IMG/VR virus record: IMGVR_UViG_3300027734_000054
Reading direction: 5' to 3' (one strand)
DNA length: 20,000 bases
Origin: an uncultured virus (IMG/VR IMGVR_UViG_3300027734_000054)
Taxonomy: Duplodnaviria > Heunggongvirae > Uroviricota > Caudoviricetes
Below, piece after piece: positions 7,017 through 15,732 of this stretch (the first letter of the stretch is position 1; each line of letters begins with the position of its first letter). A program made the translations under genes and the position numbers. The notes under the pieces are model-generated. The model ran no database searches and was not told the DNA's origin. It worked only from the letters and a program-made list of their open reading frames with translations.

Positions 7017-7066
7017 ATGTGAAAGAACTTTTTTTTAATAATACCTGCAAATATACTAAAAGTTTC
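7017..7066 (-). promoter_or_regulatory. Promoter motifs and boxA-like element for the ncRNA/Ro60 operon
   Basis: GAAAC-N18-TATTAT at 7038-7066; TATATTTG at 7048-7055; GTTCTTTCACAT at 7017-7028. Confidence 0.55.
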
Positions 7067-7382
7067 AAATAGGATTGTGCTCCTGTAAGAAATTTTTTAT
7101 TTGCTCCTCGTTTTTTACTCCTGAAAATCTTGCAACTTCTTCGCCGTCTCTAGTTAAAACACAAGTTGGTATGTTTCTAATATTAAATCTTTTTGTGGTT
7201 TCTTCTGCTGTACCAACCTCGGCTTTTATAAAATTATAACTCTCTGCAAGTTCAGTAGAAATTTTCTCAATAGTTGGCTTTAGCATCTTGCAAGGTCCGC
7301 ACCATTCAGCTGAAAACCATACAAGGGTTGTTTTTTTGCTATTTATTGCTTCGTTTAATTTTTCATCGCTGATAGAATCCAT
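7065..7382 (-). CDS. trxA: Thioredoxin
   Basis: WCGPC active site, cis-Pro motif NIPT, 105 aa. Confidence 0.93.
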   Translation of the reverse strand: MDSISDEKLNEAINSKKTTLVWFSAEWCGPCKMLKPTIEKISTELAESYNFIKAEVGTAEETTKRFNIRNIPTCVLTRDGEEVARFSGVKNEEQIKNFLQEHNPI

Positions 7383-7448
7383 TAGTCTTTGATTATTTGA
7401 TATGGTATATAACCATTTAAAGGATCAGTAAAGATGTGTTTTGTGGAA

Positions 7449-7802
7449 TTATTCCACATCACTAGATACCGGACCTTCCTCAATATCAGCTTGAGGAGCT
7501 TCTAAGATTTCTTCAGGCTGCGCTTCGTTCTCCTTTTCATCTTTAATATCGGATAATCCTGGTCCTTCTAAAATTTCAGCCGCTGAATTCACGTTTAGCT
7601 TTTTAGTAAATTCTGAACCGATTAAAAGCTGTCCTTCGCCTTCTCTAATTTCTGGAGTTTCTGTTGATTGGGTTTGCATTAATTCTTGTTGCTTTGCAAT
7701 CAACTCCATCAGGTGTTTCATTTTAGTTTTTGATATTCCCTGAGGCTTCGGAGTATATTTAACCGGTTTACCTTTTTTCTTTCTTACTCTACTTTTAGGC
7801 AT
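7449..7802 (-). CDS. Hypothetical protein with basic N-terminus and acidic C-terminus
   Basis: 117-aa ORF; GAAAC-N18-TATGAT upstream at 7818-7846. Confidence 0.75.
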   Translation of the reverse strand: MPKSRVRKKKGKPVKYTPKPQGISKTKMKHLMELIAKQQELMQTQSTETPEIREGEGQLLIGSEFTKKLNVNSAAEILEGPGLSDIKDEKENEAQPEEILEAPQADIEEGPVSSDVE

Positions 7803-7874
7803 ATAAATTCTTTTATTATCATACCTAAAGGGGGATGCATAGTTTCGGAATAACCCGTTTATTCTTGGATTTTC

Positions 7875-8501
7875 TTAGACAATCTCTAGATTTTTCCAGT
7901 CATCTAGCCAATCGCCTTCAAAAGATTCTAGAACTTCGGATTTTAATTGTATGTCTTTATCCTGGTTTTTAAAATGTACCTGTCCTTCCTCGAAAATATC
8001 ATTAACTAGAACTGTCGGTACATTTAAAATATATGCTAGTCTTTCAGCAATTCCAACAAGATCACAAGGTTTTTCTCCTTCCGTTCTTACAAATATCCCA
8101 GATGGATTGTGTCGATAAAATCCGGAAGTTAGTATATCTTCAACATAAATACGATTCTCTGTCTTATAAAGATCCATCTCAGGATTTTCTGCCTTGACTA
8201 ATATAGTGTTATTTAGATACCACCAATTATTAGTTGATTCCTCGCATATCCAAACTGGTATTACTTGAGACATCTTTTGTAGAAAAGATGATTGTAGATT
8301 ATTGGAGTGATAAAAAGATTCTATAAAGTTACCTCTATCTACACTTGCCATTTTGAATTTGCCTTCATAAATAGCACAGGGTTCTCCTGTTCCGTCTAAC
8401 ATAAAACCGTCTACGTCCCACAAACAAAAATTTCCAGGAAGACATCTTCTATGTGCTTCTGAAAAAACATTTGATACCCCCCAATTTCTTTTTCTTACCA
8501 T
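7875..8501 (-). CDS. Hypothetical protein, possible PD-(D/E)XK nuclease fold
   Basis: DVDGF...IYEGK pattern (weak); GAAAC-N17-TATAAA upstream at 8526-8553. Confidence 0.55.
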   Translation of the reverse strand: MVRKRNWGVSNVFSEAHRRCLPGNFCLWDVDGFMLDGTGEPCAIYEGKFKMASVDRGNFIESFYHSNNLQSSFLQKMSQVIPVWICEESTNNWWYLNNTILVKAENPEMDLYKTENRIYVEDILTSGFYRHNPSGIFVRTEGEKPCDLVGIAERLAYILNVPTVLVNDIFEEGQVHFKNQDKDIQLKSEVLESFEGDWLDDWKNLEIV

Positions 8502-8559
8502 CTCAAATTACAATAACCTTTGTTTTTTATAGATTAAACTAAGGTTTTGTTTCGTAAAT

Positions 8560-8814
8560 TTAATAATTATTAGGTAGAATACCAGATTCGTATCTAGATT
8601 TTCCGTTTTTAAGTAGAAATTCTAATTCAATCCACTGTTTGTTTGATAGTGATTTTTTTGTCTTTACTTTATCCCAAAGACCAGAGAAGAATTTATTGTA
8701 TCTGTACTTCTCATGAAGCCAATCCCATAATTTCTGGTAATATTGAATTTCAGAATCAGTAAATTCCTTTCTCATCCCCTGGTTAAAATTCTCGAATAAT
8801 TGGATATGATTCAT
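8560..8814 (-). CDS. Hypothetical protein with MNHIQLFENF N-terminal motif
   Basis: 84-aa ORF; GATATATA 4 nt before the ATG. Confidence 0.75.
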   Translation of the reverse strand: MNHIQLFENFNQGMRKEFTDSEIQYYQKLWDWLHEKYRYNKFFSGLWDKVKTKKSLSNKQWIELEFLLKNGKSRYESGILPNNY

Positions 8815-8836
8815 GACTTATATATCTTAAATATTA

Positions 8837-11800
8837 TCAAAGCTTATGTATAATAAACTGTGTATTCAAATCTCCTCTAATGTACTCACCGGATAGAGCT
8901 GTGGTGGTACTTAATGTTCTAATTTTAACGTCTATCGTAGATGCTGTATCGTATATCATATCAAGAGTGGCATCACTGGTATTATAACTACCGGAGGTTG
9001 GCTGTATCTGTTCAACAGTTGGACCCAATTGATTGTTTGAGGTGTCAAACAAAGAAAACTGTAATAAATAATTAGCAGCCATACTCCAAGATAGTCTTGC
9101 TGTTATTCTATAGGTTCCCGCTGTTAGAGTTGCTATTCCAGTTGATGTGTTGTATGATATGTTATTAGAATAGACTTGATTATTGAAAACAATATCCCTA
9201 CTCGCCCAGCTACCTGATCCTATTGTTTGATTCGTGTTTCTTGTTACATAAAGCCAAGCATTTGGTGAAAGGTTTGTAGCAACCCCAGCGGTTTGTGTTG
9301 TCAGATCAATATAAGCACCCCTAGCAGAACCTCCAGATTCAAAGATTCGAAGTCTATTTTGATAGAGGTCAATCGTAACACCAGTGCTGATAGATGTATT
9401 GGTAACCGGTTTGTTTAAGAATATTTCCCCACCCTCATCTCCAGACTGTGCAAGCATTTTAAGAGTTACTCCATCATACGTTAATGTAGATTCACCGTTG
9501 GCTTGACCAGAAACACCGGTTGCTGTTAGAACGTTGTTATCTGTATTATTTAATACTGTAAAGGAAGTACCTGAAGTACCCGATGAACCAGAAGATCCGC
9601 TTGAACCTGATGTTCCTGAAGATCCACTTGAACCACTTGTTCCTGAAGATCCTGATGTTCCTGAAGATCCACTTGTTCCTGAAGATCCACTTGATCCTGA
9701 TGTTCCCGATGTTCCATTTATAAGAGGAGAATATCCAGAAATAACTTCTATGTCAAACCATGGGTATGATCCTGCAGTGGCAAAATCGCTATTTCCCCCC
9801 AGTGCTGTTACTGAATTGTTGGTTGTTATTCTGTAAGATATTACTGTAGATGAAGCGGTGGACAATATTACTTCAGAGGGACCACCAAAAGTTGCATAAG
9901 CAGCACCATTAGTGGGTGAGTATGTCGATGATAGACTACCTATATAAGCGCCCGAGGTTTCATTATACCAGCAAAGTGCCATGCTTCCCCCACTGCTAAC
10001 TATATTAGGAACTTGTCCTAAAATTCTATACGTTTTATTAGCAGCAAGTGTAATCTGTCCTGTACTAGTGTTTAATGAAATATCCGATCCTGTTGAAATA
10101 TCCGTTTGAGTAAAAACAACTAAACTATTAGCAGTTAAGCCTGTAGTCTGTTGAGCTGAACGAGATCCCCTCATAAAACTTGCGGAGACACTTAAGCCTG
10201 AAGTTCCACTAGATCCAGAAGAGCCACTAGAACCACTTGTTCCAGAGGAACCTGAAGAGCCTGAAGTACCACTTGAGCCTGATGTTCCAGAAGTTCCACT
10301 TGATCCAGAAGTTCCACTTGATCCAGAAGTTCCTGATGTTCCCGAAGAACCAGAAGTTCCGGATGTACCACTTGATCCAGAAGTTCCTGATGTACCACTT
10401 GTTCCTGAAGAACCAGATGTACCACTTGTTCCTGATGTACCACTAGATCCTGAAGAACCAGATGTACCACTAGATCCTGAAGTACCGGAAGTTCCAGAAC
10501 TACCACTTGTACCAGAAGATCCAGATGTACCAGAAGAACCACTTGTTCCACTTGAACCTGATGTTCCACTAGTCCCTGAAGAACCTGACGTTCCACTAGA
10601 TCCACTTGTTCCTGAAGTACCACTTGTTCCTGATGTTCCAGAACTACCACTTGTTCCTGAAGAACCACTCGTTCCTGATGTTCCACTTGAACCACTCGTT
10701 CCTGATGAACCACTTGTTCCACTTGATCCCGAAGTTCCACTTGTTCCTGAAGAACCTGATGTTCCACTCGTTCCTGAAGTACCACTTGAACCAGAAGTAC
10801 CACTTGTTCCTGAAGTACCACTACTTCCAGAAGTTCCTCTTGTTCCTGAACTACCACTTGTTCCTGAAGAACCAGATGTTCCACTAGTTCCTGAAGAACC
10901 ACTAGTTCCTGATGTTCCTGAACTACCACTAGAACCTGAAGTTCCACTACTTCCACTTGTTCCGCTTGTTCCTGAACTACCACTTGATCCCGAAGTTCCA
11001 CTTGTTCCTGAACTACCGCTTGTACCGCGAGTTCCAGAGCTACCTGATGTTCCAGAGCTACCGCTTGTACCGTTTGTTCCGCCAGCAGCAAATAACTGCC
11101 ATTGAACGCCCAGACCTTCTGATGGATTAATGTCTATAGAAGATGCTATTGCAATATAAGTGCTTCCAAGAAATTCAACAAGATCGTTTATTTGGTAAAC
11201 GTTGCTTCCATTCCATGTTCCTTGCCAGTAGAAACTAGTTCCACTAGTTCCACTAGTTCCACGAGTTCCGCTACTTCCACTAGTTCCTGAGCTACCCGAT
11301 GTTCCGCTACTACCGCTAGTTCCACTGGTTCCACTTGAGCCGGACGTTCCTCGTGTACCACTTGTTCCAGAGCTACCACTACTTCCAGACGTTCCTGAAC
11401 TACCACTACTTCCTGATGTACCTGAGCTACCACTAGATCCACTTGTTCCTGAACTACCGCTGGTTCCACTGGTTCCACTAGATCCGCTTGAGCCCGACGT
11501 TCCACTTGTTCCGGAACTACCAGATGTTCCACTTGTTCCTGAAGTTCCGCTAGTACCTGATGATCCACTAGTACCTGATAATCCACTTGTTCCTGAAGAC
11601 CCACTAGATCCTGAAGTACCGCTAGATCCAGAAATTCCACTTGTTCCTGATGAACCACTGGATCCTGAATTTCCACTAGACCCGGAGGTTCCACTCGTTC
11701 CCGAAGTTCCACTCGTTCCCGAAGTTCCACTCGTTCCCGAAGATCCACTCGTTCCCGAAGATCCACTAGATCCTGAAGTACCGCTAGATCCAGAAATTCC

Positions 11801-12940
11801 ACTTGTTCCTGATGAACCACTGGATCCTGAATTTCCACTAGACCCGGAGGTTCCACTCGTTCCTGAAGACCCACTAGATCCGGAGCTTCCGTTCGTTCCG
11901 CTTTCACCAGAAGATCCACTAGATCCTGAAGTTCCGCTAGTTCCTCTTGTTCCTGAAGTTCCTGAGCTACCATTAGCTCCTGGACTTCCGCTAGGTCCTA
12001 TTCCTCCTGAAGTACCTGAAGTACCTGAAGTACCACTTGATCCTGAAGATCCTGAATTTCCGCTGGGTCCTATTCCTCCAGATGTTCCACTAGTTCCACT
12101 TGATCCAGAAGATCCAGGACTTCCACTTGGTCCTATTCCACCAGAAGTACCAGAAGTACCACTTGATCCTGATGAACCAGATGAACCTGAAGTTCCCACC
12201 CCGCTAGTCCCGCTCGTAACACCGTAGAAGGATGTTCCAGATGTTCCAGATGTTCCCGCCACTCCTGACGTACCTGATGATCCAGAGGATCCATCGCTTC
12301 CTATTCCGCTTGTTCCCGATGAACCTGATGTTCCTGAGCCTGTGCCTGATCCAGTTCCAGAAGTACCACTAGTTCCAGAAGTACCACCACCGGAGGGAAC
12401 TGGAGGTATAAATGTAGGTGATATAAAAGTTGACTTTGATTCGTCAAAGAATATTATTGAATTTGTGTCAAATGTAGTAGGAGAAATAGTTGCCGTTGGG
12501 TAGCACATTAGAAAATCAGAAACACCAGCTACAGAATTATTTCTATCATTGTTTTTGAAATAAATGATCGGACATTTAACCTTAGCTATTACACCAGCGG
12601 TTTTTTGTGTTAATTCAGGGGATGCAAAAGGATTATCTTTAGAGAAATAATTAGGAATACCACTAACTAAATCAGATATAGATGTATCAATAGTAGCACT
12701 GGTTACACCTGTTACTAAACATGCAGGTATTCTGACTATATTATCTGTAGAAAATAATGTACCATTCCATTCTGCACAATAGAAAAAATCAACAGAAGCT
12801 GAAAATTGTTCTCTATTGTAACCCGTCCAGAATCTTAAACTTGAAATGCCTGTATCTATGACTTTAGCAAGTACCGGGTTTATAGAAATCTCGTATGTTT
12901 CTGGGTTGTATGTTCTCCCCGTTATTACTAATCCAATCAA
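8837..12940 (-). CDS. Large fibre-like virion protein with (G-S/T-S)n repeats, a CBM5/12-like module and beta-rich C-terminal domains
   Basis: 1367 aa; long Gly-X-Y tracts; WQGTWNGSNVYQINDLVEFLGSTY module; two BclA/C1q-like segments (ISLNTSTGQITL..KTYRI; ISYNTSTGIATL.AGTYRI). TTG start uncertain. Confidence 0.75.
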   Translation of the reverse strand: MIGLVITGRTYNPETYEISINPVLAKVIDTGISSLRFWTGYNREQFSASVDFFYCAEWNGTLFSTDNIVRIPACLVTGVTSATIDTSISDLVSGIPNYFSKDNPFASPELTQKTAGVIAKVKCPIIYFKNNDRNNSVAGVSDFLMCYPTATISPTTFDTNSIIFFDESKSTFISPTFIPPVPSGGGTSGTSGTSGTGSGTGSGTSGSSGTSGIGSDGSSGSSGTSGVAGTSGTSGTSFYGVTSGTSGVGTSGSSGSSGSSGTSGTSGGIGPSGSPGSSGSSGTSGTSGGIGPSGNSGSSGSSGTSGTSGTSGGIGPSGSPGANGSSGTSGTRGTSGTSGSSGSSGESGTNGSSGSSGSSGTSGTSGSSGNSGSSGSSGTSGISGSSGTSGSSGSSGTSGSSGTSGTSGTSGTSGTSGTSGSSGNSGSSGSSGTSGISGSSGTSGSSGSSGTSGLSGTSGSSGTSGTSGTSGTSGSSGTSGTSGSSGSSGTSGTSGSSGTSGSSGSSGTSGSSGSSGTSGSSGSSGTSGTRGTSGSSGTSGTSGSSGTSGSSGTSGSSGTRGTSGTSGTSFYWQGTWNGSNVYQINDLVEFLGSTYIAIASSIDINPSEGLGVQWQLFAAGGTNGTSGSSGTSGSSGTRGTSGSSGTSGTSGSSGSSGTSGTSGSSGTSGSSGSSGTSGTSGSSGTSGTSGSSGTSGSSGTRGTSGSSGTSGTSGTSGSSGTSGTSGTSGSSGTSGTSGSSGTSGSSGTSGSSGTSGTSGSSGTSGSSGTSGTSGTSGTSGSSGTSGSSGTSGTSGSSGTSGSSGTSGSSGTSGSSGTSGTSGSSGTSGSSGSSGTSGTSGTSGSSGTSGTSGTSGSSGTSGTSGSSGTSGTSGSSGTSGSSGTSGTSGSSGTSGSSGSSGTSGSSGSSGSSGTSGLSVSASFMRGSRSAQQTTGLTANSLVVFTQTDISTGSDISLNTSTGQITLAANKTYRILGQVPNIVSSGGSMALCWYNETSGAYIGSLSSTYSPTNGAAYATFGGPSEVILSTASSTVISYRITTNNSVTALGGNSDFATAGSYPWFDIEVISGYSPLINGTSGTSGSSGSSGTSGSSGTSGSSGTSGSSGSSGTSGSSGSSGSSGTSGTSFTVLNNTDNNVLTATGVSGQANGESTLTYDGVTLKMLAQSGDEGGEIFLNKPVTNTSISTGVTIDLYQNRLRIFESGGSARGAYIDLTTQTAGVATNLSPNAWLYVTRNTNQTIGSGSWASRDIVFNNQVYSNNISYNTSTGIATLTAGTYRITARLSWSMAANYLLQFSLFDTSNNQLGPTVEQIQPTSGSYNTSDATLDMIYDTASTIDVKIRTLSTTTALSGEYIRGDLNTQFIIHKL
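11601..11863. repeat. Exact 101-nt direct duplication (11601-11701 and 11763-11863) within the GSS/GTS tract
   Basis: Identical by eye, offset 162 nt (in frame), with 18-nt tandem units between the copies. Confidence 0.8.
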
Positions 12941-13009
12941 TTTGACAGCTTATTTTATTGTATATATTATACACTAAAACTTGGAAAATAATTCGTGGAT
13001 ATATACAAT

Positions 13010-13768
13010 ATGCCAAATGAACAATTAGAGAAATTAATAGAGTATCTTTCAGGTAAGCAGAAAGTGCTATTTTTAACAACCTCCAACAGATGGGAAGGGA
13101 GTAAGGAGATTCCTAAATCTACTCTTCTTGCGATGGATATTCAGAAAAAACTTAAAGGGACAACTGATGTAACTCTTTTGGAAATACCAAAATTAAAGAT
13201 ATTCCCTTGCGAAGGTAATGTATCTGGTGTTGATGGTAATAATTGCGGGGTTAAAGATGCACAACTAAATGACGAAGAGAAGGATCCTTCAGGAAATCAT
13301 AGATGCTGGGCTTCTCTTAATAATAAAGAAGATGAACTTTGGAAGGTTTCCAAAGAACTTTTTGAATCAGAAGCTGTTGTTTTCTTTATAAGTGTTAGGT
13401 GGGGTCAAGCAAACGCTTTTTATCAGAAGTTAATTGAAAGATTAAACTGGATTGAAAATAGGGCATCCACATTAGAAGATATAAACATAGTGGAAGGAAT
13501 AGATGCAGGGTGTGTTATCATAGGACAAAACTGGAATGAATCCGAAGTTTTAGAAACACAAAAGCAAGTTTATGAATTTTATGGCTTTAATGTACCTGAT
13601 GAAATTTCTTTTAGCTGGCAATTTACACAGGATTCTAATGACGAAAGACAGGAATCATACAAAGAAGCACCAAAACTTTTCGGAAGAGAATTCGAAATTT
13701 CAATTACTAGATTAAAAGAGTCCTTATCAAACCAATATAGAGGAATCAAAAGACTCTTTGAATTTTAA
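13010..13768 (+). CDS. Flavodoxin-like / NADPH-dependent FMN reductase family protein
   Basis: LFLTTSNR phosphate-binding-like loop, CEGNVS..C..C, SVRWGQANAFYQKLIERL. Start moved to ATG 13010, after GATATATA at 12998-13005. Confidence 0.75.
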   Translation: MPNEQLEKLIEYLSGKQKVLFLTTSNRWEGSKEIPKSTLLAMDIQKKLKGTTDVTLLEIPKLKIFPCEGNVSGVDGNNCGVKDAQLNDEEKDPSGNHRCWASLNNKEDELWKVSKELFESEAVVFFISVRWGQANAFYQKLIERLNWIENRASTLEDINIVEGIDAGCVIIGQNWNESEVLETQKQVYEFYGFNVPDEISFSWQFTQDSNDERQESYKEAPKLFGREFEISITRLKESLSNQYRGIKRLFEF

Positions 13769-14010
13769 TCTAATATCTCAAAATAGGTCTTATTGAAAAC
13801 TGATATACATTTATTCTCTGAATGTATAATCTTTAAGTAATGCCCAGACACGTCGCTTTGATCTGGATGAAGATAAATTGCATCGCCATTTTGCAAAGGA
13901 ACGAATATATGTTTCATCCATGACATATCTCCTACACCTTTTTTAACTGTTGCTCTTTTAAGTGATGTAGTATCACCTTCGTAAATGTTTAGATAATTTT
14001 TTAAATCCAT
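13765..14010 (-). CDS. Hypothetical protein
   Basis: 81-aa ORF, convergent with the flavodoxin-like gene. Confidence 0.65.
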   Translation of the reverse strand: MDLKNYLNIYEGDTTSLKRATVKKGVGDMSWMKHIFVPLQNGDAIYLHPDQSDVSGHYLKIIHSENKCISVFNKTYFEILD

Positions 14011-14021
14011 AATTTTAAATT

Positions 14022-14459
14022 TTATGTTGGGAAATTGATTGAATCAAATGATTCCCATATTTGTTCTATCTTTTTTTCAAAGAATTCTATATTGATTAAA
14101 GAATCTACATTCTTTCTAAAATCCCATTGTATAGTTTCTATACCTATTACTCCTCTCCCAGTTTCCATCTGTACTTCAAAACAAAATTCAAATGCTTCAG
14201 GATTTTCAACCATATCCTTAAGATCGTAACAGTAACAATAGATCGTGTATTTTAATCCTTTCTCGTTTTCAAAATCCTTATAATAAGCATCGTAACAAGT
14301 CTCGCCTTTTATTTTCTTAGCGTCAAACTTTAGGTACTTTTTAGTTACTAGGAGTTTTCTAAAGAATCCGGAAGAATCCGTTCCTTTTTGTAACTCGTCA
14401 ATAAGTAGAAAACTTTCCTTCGGAAAATCTGATTTCGATTGGTCTGTTTGTTGGCTCAT
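14022..14459 (-). CDS. Hypothetical protein
   Basis: 145-aa ORF; as called it overlaps the upstream phosphoesterase by ~60 nt, so the start is uncertain. Confidence 0.65.
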   Translation of the reverse strand: MSQQTDQSKSDFPKESFLLIDELQKGTDSSGFFRKLLVTKKYLKFDAKKIKGETCYDAYYKDFENEKGLKYTIYCYCYDLKDMVENPEAFEFCFEVQMETGRGVIGIETIQWDFRKNVDSLINIEFFEKKIEQIWESFDSINFPT

Positions 14460-15069
14460 ATCTTCTATTTAAGACACTACAATTTATAAATATAGTTTGA
14501 TCATCAGCATGAAGTCCGTAGCCCTCGTGTATGTGCCCAAACGCGCTTATTTTAGGGTTAACTCTCTTCTTGATTGTATTGTATAGATCCTCACATCCAA
14601 CATCTTCACCCTCCATAACCATTGACAAATAGTTTTCCATATAAGCAGGAGGCCCGTGAGTTAATAGAACATCTACAACATCTGGGATTTTATTCCAATG
14701 GTGTTCAATCTCTGATCCCCTATATCTATTAAAAGCCCAGCTGTGGAACCACGGAGTTATAGGAGATCCCCAAAATTTTATTCCTTCTATCTCAACACCA
14801 GAATCTATAAGACATATTATATCTCTTGACTCTACTATATTCTTTGCTTTATCATAATCTCTTTCGAAAAGAAAATCATGATTGCCAGGAATCATTATTT
14901 TGTGTTTATGAGGTAATGAAGAGAACCAATCTGAAAAGTCTATGATTTCATTTTCTGATCCTCTATACGAAACATCACCACAATGAATAATAAAGTCACC
15001 ATCTGGAACATCTATTATATTGTGCTTCGTATGAGTATCCGATATAAAAACTAGTTTCTTTTCTTCCAT
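14398..15069 (-). CDS. Calcineurin-like metallophosphoesterase (MPPED/239FB-like)
   Basis: Motifs SDTH, HCGDVS, GNHD, THGPP, FGHIHE. Confidence 0.92.
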   Translation of the reverse strand: MEEKKLVFISDTHTKHNIIDVPDGDFIIHCGDVSYRGSENEIIDFSDWFSSLPHKHKIMIPGNHDFLFERDYDKAKNIVESRDIICLIDSGVEIEGIKFWGSPITPWFHSWAFNRYRGSEIEHHWNKIPDVVDVLLTHGPPAYMENYLSMVMEGEDVGCEDLYNTIKKRVNPKISAFGHIHEGYGLHADDQTIFINCSVLNRRYEPTNRPIEIRFSEGKFSTY

Positions 15070-15254
15070 TAGATCTTAATAATACTATTTTCTAAAGCTT
15101 CATCAATTTCTTTCCAAGAGTATTTTTTATAAATATTCATTAGAAGTTCAAACTTCATTGCATCATCTAGGGTTTTGATTTTAATCTCGTTTTCTAAATG
15201 CCCAATAACTCTTGGTAATGTAATTCTAGCAATGTCTTCTGTATTTTCCCACAT
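15069..15254 (-). CDS. Hypothetical protein
   Basis: 61 aa; stop overlaps the next start (TAATG). Confidence 0.65.
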   Translation of the reverse strand: MWENTEDIARITLPRVIGHLENEIKIKTLDDAMKFELLMNIYKKYSWKEIDEALENSIIKI

Positions 15255-15271
15255 AATGTAAATTGTTTTAA

Positions 15272-15329
15272 ATCTTATTTATGTATTAGTAAATTGTTTC
15301 GGAACAAAACCAGATTAACGGGGTAAGAT
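15272..15329. promoter_or_regulatory. Back-to-back divergent promoter pair
   Basis: Minus strand GAAAC-N18-TAAGAT (15272-15300) abuts plus strand GGAAC-N18-TAAGAT (15301-15329). Confidence 0.65.
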
Positions 15330-15334
15330 TTAAT

Positions 15335-15643
15335 ATGACAACAGTAATGAAAAACAAAGTTAATCCGGATTACTTAGAAGATTGGTTGGTTAAAAACCCA
15401 GAGGAGGTTTATAAAAGATCCGTTGAAACTGCTTTAAGACTATTAAATAGCACAAAAAAAGAAGAAGCTTTCCTAGAATTCTATTGGGAAAACGAAGTCT
15501 ATTCTAAGATATACATGAAGAAAAGCGATATACCAACAGCAATGGATAAAGCAATAGAATATTTCGTTTCTCAGGAGTTATATGAACATGCCGTACAGGC
15601 AAAAAAAGCAAAAGATTCTTTCAACAATTTAGAAAATCTTTGA
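15335..15643 (+). CDS. Hypothetical protein (helical C-terminus, weakly UVR-like)
   Basis: 102-aa ORF just downstream of the promoter motif. Confidence 0.7.
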   Translation: MTTVMKNKVNPDYLEDWLVKNPEEVYKRSVETALRLLNSTKKEEAFLEFYWENEVYSKIYMKKSDIPTAMDKAIEYFVSQELYEHAVQAKKAKDSFNNLENL

Positions 15644-15732
15644 AAAAACGCGATTTTATTTTTTTTATTAACATCTTATTGTTAATTTAGCCTCAAGATA
15701 TTAAGGAATATATCTAAGTTTAACTAAATTTA

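Noticed and set aside
7449..7802. CrgA similarity from the MPKSRVRKK N-terminus
   Set aside because: No transmembrane helices; the match is a short low-complexity basic stretch.
9534..11973. Alternative-frame ORFs 9534..9836, 10192..11091, 10237..10446, 10606..10887 and 11188..11973
   Set aside because: Shadows of the 9-nt periodic GSS/GTS repeat, which lacks stops in other frames.
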